This document shows, one piece after another, positions 53,901 to 64,000 of a stretch of DNA of 64,000 nt. Position numbers and translations under genes: made by a program. Position 1 is the stretch's first letter; every line of letters begins with the position of its first letter. Origin of the DNA: Octopus sinensis (lineage: Eukaryota). The DNA is taken from contig NC_042999.1 of the NCBI RefSeq assembly GCF_006345805.1, positions 104,222,001-104,286,000 of the forward strand. The letters run 5' to 3'. Under the pieces are notes generated by a model. It worked only from the letters and a program-made list of their open reading frames with translations, ran no database searches and was not told the DNA's origin.

Positions 53901-53983
53901 AATGCAATCACGATATAAATGTTCTCATAAACAAACAATCTTGGACAAGTTTTTAGCGGAACATGAAAATAAATACAAAACGA

Positions 53984-53996
53984 GGCTGATTGGCCG
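53984..53996 (-). promoter_or_regulatory. CCAAT (NF-Y-type) box about 85 bp upstream of the EAPP ATG
   Basis: Minus strand reads GGCCAATCAGCC, in CpG-retaining sequence just upstream of the ORF. Confidence 0.55.
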
Positions 53997-54196
53997 AAGG
54001 GAGACAACTCTAACAGCTTTAAAACCGGTTATCAGAATAAAACAGTTCACGCTAAATATTTATCCTAAATGTAGCCTGGATTGTGTGTGTGTTTGTGTGC
54101 GCGCTTATATATATATATATACACACATACACGCACACACACACACACACTTTATTAAAAAACAGCAAAAATATCACGAAAACTGTTACTCAAAGT

Positions 54197-54267
54197 TTCA
54201 CGTTCCTGTACGTCGGATAGTTTTGTTTAGATTCTAAACAAAACTGTCCGACGAACGGGAACGTGAA
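54197..54267. repeat. 71-bp near-perfect palindrome upstream of EAPP
   Basis: 35-bp arms around t54232; one A-A mismatch and two G.T pairs. Confidence 0.92.
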
Positions 54268-55559
54268 GCAAAGGGAATGGGAGAAGTTACAGGTTGTACA
54301 TCTTAGTTGAAATAGTGTGTTCAACCTTGCCCCATAGAATAATATCAATGACAGAATGGCCAAAGACACTTACTGAGACAGCAATCCCACCTCACAAGGG
54401 TCATTTCGCAGATGGGCAACTGTCATCCTGATTTTACAGAGGAAGTCAACAAACACCTGAGGTCCTGATGGTGACTGGTGTGAACCGATAGTGGTTGGTC
54501 AAACTCCGATATTTAGTTATACTTCTCTCCTATTGTGAGCAGTGATTCCTGGGTTTGTGGCCGATACAGCAAGGTTGGAAACAGAGAGAGTCACAGCATG
54601 TCGTAATCGAGATTAGAGATTTACCTCCTTTGTATGAAAAGTCGGTTAATATTTCGGGATACTTACCATCTACACTGTCAAGACCTGTTGTTTCCCATTG
54701 TAACAGGAAGCTGACTGTATGAAGGCTCCTTCTGATGGTGTCATTCAGAATGGTGTGTCGGGGGAACCAGCCCACACTATGACAGCATAATAATGGATGC
54801 AAGCAGAATTTGTCAACTACAGCTCCACAATGGCTTTTACGTGGGTCACACATACAAAGACTGAGGCACTGGGCCACTCCTATACAAGTGCACTCATCAT
54901 CACTGGTTGATGAGGAGGGCACTGAATTGAGCTGTACACTGCTGTTTGGCTGCAAAGGAGAATAGAGGCAGGAGAGGCAGTGCTGGTACAAAGAAGTGTT
55001 AATCTACCTCAACGTAGACCTGCACTTGATGTCATCTTAGTTATGCTGGACATCTGTATTATGGGAGATAACAAAGCCTTTGATCCAATCAGCCAGAGCT
55101 GACTCCAGTTACCAGGCCATGTCAGATTCAGCTGCCCCTCGGAGGACCCTGCTAAGGGCATGGCTGGAGGAGACTGAGGAATGCTAAGCTTGTAGTAGAA
55201 CAGAAGCAGAACAGAGGCTGAGCCCACCGGATTTCATGAGTAGTTTCACCTATTGTCAGCCGGCACTGTCAAAACTGAAATTACAGATCACTTCAGCACA
55301 GTGCCAGATGGTGGTATTGATTTCACTGAGGCGATTTGTGAGAGGGTGACAAAGTGCATTGTACAGTCCCAGGAGAAGCATAATCAAGGTGATTGAAAGG
55401 TAGGTCTGGTGAGATTGTTGAGATGCTAGAACGGAGGTGTTGCATTCAAGAGATTGGGTGGAGGGGATCTTCAGTCAGGTTCCACTCAAGCAAAAAACAT
55501 AGGTATAAAATTTTCTGGGAAGGCAATCATGGTAGGATAGATGGTATAGGTATACTTTA

Positions 55560-58200
55560 GCTGAGAAATGGATGGATAAGGTGATTGGGGTAATCAGAGT
55601 GTGTGATAGATACTTATGCTCAGACTAGTTTTGCAAAGTGGCTCAGTGTCTATTATTTCTGCTTATGCTCCTCAACCTAGTCTGCTGAATGAAGAAAAAG
55701 ATCAATTTTATGATACTCTTTTGCTGGTTACTTCAAAGACAAATGACAGTAACCTTATCTTCATGGCTGGCGACTTCAGTAACATTGGTGGGCAACATCT
55801 GGGTGGCTTCCATGGTGTGCATAGAGGTCATGGTTTTGGTTCCCATAATGAGGAGGGAAGAAGGCTTCTGAAGTTCTGTGATGCAAATAACCCAATGATC
55901 TGCAACACTAACTTCGGGAAACCAGCCAGCCACATATTCACCTATCAATCTAGTGACCATACAAGCTAGATTAGCTACATCCTCACCAGAAAGTGGGATA
56001 AATGGTTGCTCATAAATGCAATGACCTTTCCAGGTGAAGAATGTACTCCTCAGCATAGGTTAGTCATTAGTTACTTCAGATTTCGAGTTAGAAAGATTCC
56101 AAGAAACAGAACAGTCTTGAAAAGAAGGATTTGAAAGCTTAAGAATCCTTTGAATAGTCAGAGATTTAGAGATGTCCTAACTGAAGCATTTGATGATGAT
56201 GTGGAGTTACAGACATGTAACATAGAGGAGAATTGGAAGTTCTTGTACAACAAAGTTACTGAGGGCCACAGACCAAATTTATGACTGGTTTAAATGGAGG
56301 TGGAACAGTGTAGTGGACAGGGCCACGAGAGCAAAAAAAAAAAAAAGGCCAAAAAGGTCTTGAAGAGTTGGGGTAGCAGAGAACTATATCAGGTAGCTAG
56401 AAGAGAAGCTAGCCAACAGGTATATTTAGCTGAGAAAAAAGCTGATAGGAAGAAATTTTCCAATTGTCTATGGTGTGAGAACCAGAGACATGAGGTGTTC
56501 TGAATTGTAAGACAGTGTATCAGAGAAAATTGTGATGTTGTACAAGAGAAGTATATCTGGATGGATGATAGTACACTTGCACTTAGTGATTCTGCAAAGA
56601 AAGAGGCATGGAAGTGCCATGTGAAAGGCTGCTAAATGAGGATGAGAAGGAGAGTTTTCCTGATGTGGGCCCAACAGAGTAACCAGCTATCCAAGTTGAT
56701 AAGAGCATGGTAGATAAAGCAGCTAAAGAGATGAAGACTGGGAAAGTCTTTAGCCCATTGGGAATTACCTCTGAGATACTTAAAATATCTGACAGAGTGG
56801 GATATGGCTTAGTCACCCATACAATGAATCAGGTTGTCCAGAAAGGGGTCACACTCAATGACTAGTGTAGCAGCATTATAGTCAACTGCCACAGAAGGAA
56901 ATGTTAGAAGTAATTACAAAGACATCAAATTGTTGGACCAGGTCATGAAGGTTACAGAAAAGTCATAGCTCATCTAATTAGGAATAGAATTAACCTAGAT
57001 GAAATCCACTTTGATTTTGTGCCAAGGAGAAATACTACTGAAGCTATCTTCCTAGTAAGGCAAGTGCAGGAACAAAAAATAAATCACTGTACTTGGCATT
57101 TGCCAACATGGAGAAAGCCTTTGACTGAATCCCTCACTCACTTGTCTATGGTCAATGCAGAAGCTAAGAATAGATGAGTGGTTGGTGAGAGTTGTCAAAA
57201 CCAAATATGGGGGTGCTGTCAATGGGATGAAAGCCAGCAAAGAGTATAATCATGAATTTAGTGTTCAGGTAGGAGTTACCAAGGATCGGTCCTCAGCTAC
57301 CTCTTGTTTGTTGTAGTTCCTTAGTCCATAACAAAGGAATTTAAGACTGGTTGCCCTTGCCAGCTCTTCTATGACAATGACCTTGTTTTTATAGTTGAAT
57401 CTCTACTAGAGGTAGTGAAGAAATTTCAGGTAAGGAAGCAAAGCCTGGAATTTAAGGACCTTTGGGTTATTTTAGCAATGACCAAAGTACTGGTAAACAG
57501 GAAAGTAAACAAATTATTAATCCCTTCTGGGAAATGGCTGTGATTGAGATGTAGAAAAGGTGTTGGTAGAAAGTCCATTCAATGTAGCCAGTGTGAGCTA
57601 CAGACACATAAGAGGTGCAGTGGAATCATAAGAAGGTTAACAGAGAAAGTAGCCTTTGGATGTGGTACAATAAACACTAAGAATGTACAAGAAACAGATT
57701 TCCTCAACTGTCCAGGGGAATCGTTAGGGATAGTAAATAATTTTCATTACTTAGAAACCCAAAATAGTAGTTGTGGAGGTTGCTTCAAAAGTGTAGTTGC
57801 TTGAATAAGAAAATGCTGGGCAAAGTTCATCGAGCTATTACCTTTGTTGGGCCTCTCTCTCAGTGAGAAAGACAGACTGTATGATGCCTGTAAATGGGCA
57901 GTTATATTTTGTGGCAATGAAACATAGACTATGACTGTAGTGGACATGTGAAGGCTTGAAAGAAATAAAGCCAGCATGCTCCACTGGAGGTGCTATGTCA
58001 GTGTGCATGCATGACAAAGTGTAAATTTGAGAGAAAAATTATGTACAGGAAGCATCAGTTGTATGTAAGAGAGAAGACTGCTCTGGTTTGGTCAAGTGAT
58101 GCATATGAATGATGGCAGCTTCATAAAAAAGTGTTAATCGTTAAATATGAGACAAAGTGATGAGAAATGATCTTCAGATGTTGGATCTCAGAGAGGAAAT
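55560..58200 (+). mobile_element. Decayed near-full-length RTE LINE of the same PHD-in-RT family (APE endonuclease + RT + PHD)
   Basis: SAYAPQ, MAGDFS, LKFCDAN (APE); degenerate LAFANMEKAF, QGSVLS, YDND; CRKGVGRKSIQCSQCELQTHKRC. Many stops and frameshifts. Confidence 0.88.
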
Positions 58201-58796
58201 AAAAAAGGAATGAGTCAATTGCAAATTTGCAATGCTTGTGAAGATTCAGCCCAACTAAGTAAAATCCATGTCCATAGCAACCCCTCCCCCACAACCCAGC
58301 CATGTTCACTATAGCTGTATCCCCGTCCCTTCCATTCTCCCTCATGTACATACGTCCCTGCTAAGTCCCTTCCCCACAGCAGTTAAGAAAAACAGCTCAT
58401 TGATGAATGTCATGATTTACTACCAAGTCTGAGTTAAACTAATAATGGAGGAAAATTCCTCTTTGAACAATGTCATACTTATATACCCTGAAGGGATTAT
58501 ACTAATAATGCATAAAAGCTGCATATATGTGTAACAATATGCAGTTATTGCAACTGAAACACATGTCAAACAATTAATATCAATACACTAATTGGAAATA
58601 AATAAAGTTTAAATGTTCAAATTCTTTATTCTCCTTATTATCAATATTGAACTTTACACTCTAAGTAACCAACAAATAAACTGTAACATTGGATGGGAGT
58701 TAAAGGAAGTTTACCACCATCTGAAAGAACCAACTTTGGCATTTAACATAGAGAAATTTGGTATCTGCCAGGATATTATATCCCTCCTCTTACTAT

Positions 58797-60332
58797 ATCT
58801 TTCTTCTTTATCCCCGTCTGTCTTGATAGACAATGGATTGCGCCAAGGGTGGGGCCTACTTTGATGATGTGCAGCGTCTGCTGTGACTGAACAGTCCAAT
58901 TCTAGAGTGGCAGTCCTTGGTACAGTTGCTGCACACGAACATCGATGGGTACGTTTGGGGTGTTGCTGCAGTTGTCCTCCTCCTGTCCCGCCTGTCCAAC
59001 CACAGCTGTGCTCTCCTCTCCTCAGCCATGGAAACGCCTTTCCTCACCGTCCGACGCCAGGCAGAGCGGTCAGCAGCTGTTTCCTCCCACGTGTCCACAC
59101 AGATGTTGGCAGTTCTCAGGTCGCGCTTGCACACGTCCCTGTATCGTAGCTGTGGACGTCCCTTGGGTCGGGATCCCGTGGTGAGTTCGCTGTACAGGAT
59201 GTCTTTAGGCATGCGACCGTCCTGCATGCGGCAGACGTGTCCGAGCCAGCGCAGTCGTCTCCGCACGAGGAGGGCATACATGCTTGGCATATTAGTCTGT
59301 TCCAGGATGACTCCGTTTGGTACTCGGTCCTTCCAGGAGATGCCAAGGATCCGTCGAAGACATCGCATGTGGAAGCCGCTGAGGCGGCATTCCTGCCGGG
59401 TGTATGTTGTCCAGCTCTCGCTGCCGTAGAGTAGGGTGCTCAGCACGCAGGCTCGGTACACTGCAATCTTGGTGGTTAATGTGAGCATGTTGTTTTCCCA
59501 CACTCTCCTGGAGAGCTTAGCCATGGCAGCAGCAGCCTTCCCAATCCGTCTGTTCAGCTCCGGCTCGAGGGACAGGCTGCTGGAGACCGTCGATCCCAGG
59601 TAAGTGAACTCGTTCACCACCTGCAAGCTGTGGTCGCCGACACTGATGCTGGGGACCCCTCCGACGTCCTGGCCCATGATCTCTGTCTTTTTCAGGCTGA
59701 TGGTAAGGCCGAACTCTTGGCAGGCATCCGCCAGGGAGCTGACCAGCCTCTGGAGACCCGGTTGGTTGTGTGATGTTAGGGCGGCATCGTCAGCAAAGAG
59801 GATCTCTCTGATCAGCACCTGACGGACTTTGGTCTTAGCTCTGAGGCGCGCAAGATTGAACAATCCACCATCAGCCCTGGTGTGGAGGAACACTCCGTCG
59901 TCGGACGTTCTGAAGGCATAGGACAGGACAAGGGAGAAGAAAATTCCGAAGAGCGTCGGCGCCAGAACGCAACCCTGTTTCACTCCGCTCTGGATGGGGA
60001 ATGACTCCGAGGGCGATCCGTCAAACTGCACTGTTCCCTGCATACCGTCGTGAAAGGAGGTAATGAGTTTCAGCAGTCTGGGAGGGCAACCTATCCTACC
60101 CAGGAGCGCAAACAGCCCCTCCCTGCTGACTGAGTCGAACGCCTTAGCCAGGTCGATGAAGGCCACGTATAGGGGCTGTCTCTGTTCTCGACTCTTTTCT
60201 TGAAGCTGCCTGAGTGAGAAGATCGTGTCAATTGTAGACCTCTCTGCCCTAAAGCCAGACTGAGACTCGGGGTACACACGCTCTGCAAGTATTTGCAACC
60301 TCTTCAGGACCACCCTGGCAAATGCCTTACCG
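58797..60332 (-). mobile_element. RTE-clade LINE, 5'-truncated, uninterrupted RT ORF with C-terminal C2H2-like finger
   Basis: QSGFR, FIDLAKAFDSV, GVKQGCVLAP, LFADD, FTYLGS, LLYGSESW, LRWLGHV motifs; terminal CSNCTKDCHSRIGLFSHSRRC; short 3' UTR ending gaagaaaga. The ORF-track N-terminus (MCVYV...) is just the flanking microsatellite. Confidence 0.95.
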
Positions 60333-60392
60333 ACATATATATATATATATATATAAATATATATACATACATACACACACACACATATATAT

Positions 60393-62061
60393 CATCATCA
60401 TCATCATCATCGTTTAGCGTCCGCTTTCCATGCTAGCATGCGTTGGACGGTTCAACTGGGATCTGGGAAGCCAGGAGGCTGCACCAGGCCCAGTCTAATC
60501 TAGCAATGCTTCTACAGCTGGATGCCTTTCCTAACGCCAACCACTCCTTGAGTGTAGTGGGTGATTTTATGTGCCACCGACACAGGTGCCAGACGAGGCT
60601 GGCAAACGGCCACGAATAGATGGTGATTTTTACGTGCCACCGGCACGGAGGCCAGGCGAGGCTGGCAACAGCCACGTTCAGATGGTTCTCTTACGTGCCC
60701 CCGGCACTGGTATCACAGCTACAATTTCCATTGATGTTGATCGATTTTGATTTTGATTTTGATTCTGATTTCTCACTTGCCTCAACAGGTCTTCACAAGT
60801 AGAGTTTTGTGTCCCAACAAGGAAAAGGTATGCATAAGTGGACTGGCTACATACCAGGTAGAGGCCACGGGTTATGGTCTCACTAGTCCTGCTGGGTCTT
60901 CTCACGAACAGCATACTTCCATAGGTCTCGGTCTCTAGTCATTTCCTCAGTGAGACCTAAAGTTCGAAGGTCATGCTTCACCAACTCGTCCCAGGTTTTC
61001 CTGGGTCTACCTCTTCCACAGGATCCCTCAACTGCTAGGGTGTGGCACTTTTTCACACAACTATCTTCATCCATTCTTGCCACATGGCCATACCAGCGCA
61101 AACATCTCTCTTGCACACCACAACTGATGCTTCTTAAGTCCAACTTTTCTCTCAAGGTACTTACACTCTGTCGAGTATGAACACTGACATTACACATCCA
61201 TCGGAGCATACTGGCTTCATTTCTTGCAAGCTTACGCATATCCTCAGCAGTCATGGCCCATGTTTCACTGCCATGTAGCATGGCAGAGGTAAGAGCTCTC
61301 TGAACTTTGCCCAGGCTATTCTTACTCCAGCAGTTATGCTTTCAGCACACCCACCCCAGCTACTGACTTGGTCACCTAGGTAATGGAAGCTATCAATTAT
61401 TTCTAAGTTTTCTCCCTGGAATGTGGCGGAGGTTGGTCTCTGCGCATTTTCAGTGTTTATTGCGCCTGAGCATCTGTCACATACAAAAACTATTTTCCTA
61501 GTTAGCCTTCCTTTGACATTGCTGCACCTCTTATGTGTCCATAGCTTACACTTGGTGCACCTTATAGAGTTTCTACCTACGCCTTTCCTACAGATCAAGC
61601 AGGGCCATCTACCTGAAGGCGTTTGTGATTTGTCAAACTTCCAACTTATTAGGACTTTGGTTTTAGCTAGGTTGACTCTAAGGCCCTTTGATTCTAATCC
61701 TTGCTTCCACACCTGGAACTTCTCCTCCAGTTCTGATAGTGACTCAGCAATTAGAGCAAGGTCATCAGCATAGAGGAGCTCCCAGAGGCATCCTGTCTTG
61801 AATTCCTCCGTTATTGCTCGGAGGACTATGATAAATAGGAGGGGACTGAGGACTGAACCTTGGTGGACCCCTACCTCTACCCGTAATTCTTCACTGTACT
61901 CGTCACCAACCCTCACCTTACTAGCAGCGTCCCTGTACATGGATCGTACAGCTGTCACTAACCATTCATCTATCCCTAGTTTCCTCATTGACCACCAGAT
62001 AAGGGATCAGGGGCCTCTGTTGAAGGCTTTTTCCATGTCAATGAAAGCCAGGTACAAGGGG

Positions 62062-62067
<6 letters not shown>
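60393..62067 (-). mobile_element. RTE-clade LINE (PHD-in-RT family), 5'-truncated, with full 3' UTR and (GAT)n tail
   Basis: [55 protein letters not shown]. An internal deletion near 61280 shifts the frame. The 3' UTR runs to (GAT)n at about 60393. Confidence 0.93.
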
Positions 62068-62104
<37 letters not shown>

Positions 62105-62188
62105 ACACATACACACACACACAAACACACATATATATATACACACATACACACACACACACACACATATATAAATATATACATATAC

Positions 62189-62240
<52 letters not shown>

Positions 62241-62266
62241 TATATATATTATATATATATATATAT

Positions 62267-62297
<31 letters not shown>

Positions 62298-63340
62298 CAC
62301 TAGCATTAAAGACCCGTCGTTGCCGGGTCATAGTGCTAGTGCATGTATATATGTGTATATATATGTGAATATATTACATGTACATCTATATATATACATC
62401 TACACATAAAATACAAAATACAAAGTTATATCTTGATATCGCCAGTGATAACAATACTCGAAATATATAACAGACTGGAATTGTTAGCCCGTCTCTTGTA
62501 ATTTCGATCAATTGTATCTTGTCCTCCCTCTTATATAGAAGTGTGGCTACAATTCAGCCTACCTCTACTTCGGGGGGGGGGGATGGGCATTTAAAATTTT
62601 TTTCCGGAACGTCCTACGTCCCAGATATAAAGGTAAAAATAAAATATTTCCACTTTGCAAGTTCGAGTCGACTATTCCCTTGCACGCTCCGTTGACTTGA
62701 ACCTTGCTTCTATTGTGGTGAATTTACCGCCTCTGATTAGATATCTTTCATAGTCCCACCAAGACACTTTTCAAAGGTGCTTTTCTCCATGTATTCAGAT
62801 CTTCTTTTTACTCTTCATTGTATACTTTATAGACAATAGTCTTTTCTTTAATTTTATTTTTTATTATCCATCTGGACTATTCCATATCTGCACGCTAATT
62901 TTATTTTTAATTTATTCCCATTCATGTGAAACCACTTATTCAAGTTCAAGTCATTGATGCAATTTTATACCAATTGCTATTTTTACTTTTGTTATGTTAC
63001 GATTATATTATACTTTAGTTTGATTTTAATTATTACTTACTACATATAATTCAATTGTTATTATTATTTTTATTGTTAAAGTGAAAGTATCTGACATAAA
63101 ATAGAGAAATGTTTTTGTTTCACTTTTAACACCTAATACTGAAATAGTGGAGAAGATATGATATTGCTGTGGGCTCACCCTAGGCAAAAAGTTAAAATTT
63201 TTTTTGGCCGATGACACTCCCTGGACCCTAAGTAAGGCATGTGTAAAATTTGAATGAAATTGATTGTGTAGTTCTCAAGTTTTAGGGAAACACACAGACA
63301 GACAGACACACATTCTCAGTTTTATATATATATAAAAGAT
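62298..63340 (+). mobile_element. Non-autonomous Helentron / DINE-1-like element in a (TA)n tract
   Basis: 5' ACTAGCA...TGCTAGT inverted repeat enclosing a GACCCG-tcgttgc-CGGGTC hairpin; 3' end with (ACAG)n followed by ttttatatatata..agat. Confidence 0.6.
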
Positions 63341-63343
63341 ATG

Positions 63344-63395
<52 letters not shown>

Positions 63396-64000
63396 AAATA
63401 GTGTACATTTAAACACAAGAGAAACTACCTCTAACAGGTAATTTTGCACACTAGAATAAGCAGTCAAAATGACCAAAACCACATTTAAAAGCAATTTCAA
63501 GAGAATGAAAAATAAAAACTTTTATCTAGTTATTTTTTTATGGTTATACCTAGATTTCAAATTTTTTTTTAGCAAATAAAATAATTTGCTAGGCGAAATT
63601 CTAATCAGTAACCATGCCATAACATAACTTTTTTCAACTGAAGACAATGAGGAGCTGTATCTGATGATTGTAGTGAGTTAAAGAATTCGATGGGGTAGTT
63701 GACACTATCCTGATCATCAACAACACTGTCATTTGACTGTGACTGTGGCTGTGTCTTTAGTCAAGCAAATCAACCCCAGGACTTATTTTTTGTAAACCTA
63801 GTACTTATTCTATTGCTCTCTTTTGCTAAACTGCTATGTTATGGGGATGTAAACACACCAACATCGGTTGTCAAGCGATGGTTGGGGGAACAAACACAGA
63901 CACACAAATACATACGTACACATGCTCACACACACACACACAACACACACACACACACACACACAACAGGGTTCTTCTCAGTTTCCATCTACCAGATCTA

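Noticed and set aside
55175-55205. CTGAGGA-stem-GAAC hammerhead-like motif
   Set aside because: GAAA is replaced by GAAC and there is no stem III or cleavage triplet.
61268-61286. Perfect hairpin CTGCCATG-tag-CATGGCAG
   Set aside because: By-product of the internal deletion in the RTE copy.

Overview
AT-rich, microsatellite-dense animal genomic DNA. The SINE and LINE families look like those of an octopus (coleoid cephalopod) genome; this is inferred from repeat motifs and was not verified by search. The one clearly recognisable host gene is a single-exon EAPP (E2F-associated phosphoprotein) ORF at 52890-53900 (-), with a CCAAT box just upstream. About 0.5 kb downstream of it I can assemble a phase-consistent 4-exon candidate gene (46738-52273, -, 73 aa, unidentified). 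Most of the rest is transposon debris: four tRNA-derived SINE families; RTE LINEs (one GC-rich with an uninterrupted RT ORF, and one family with a PHD finger inside the RT whose 3' UTR is the source of about a dozen short repeats); L1/Tx1 and R4/Dong-type 3' fragments; mariner, maT/Tc1 and pogo remnants; piggyBac and mariner MITEs; and a Helentron/DINE-1-like element. The most interesting unannotated signals are: (i) six dispersed type-I hammerhead-ribozyme-like motifs of the Penelope/retrozyme kind from about five unrelated small elements, two of them in head-to-head foldbacks; (ii) a direct/inverted/inverted triplication with breakpoints at (TA)n; (iii) a 71-bp near-perfect palindrome upstream of EAPP; (iv) an in-window empty site that confirms a TA target duplication. 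Most short ORFs in the supplied track are microsatellite or repeat artefacts.
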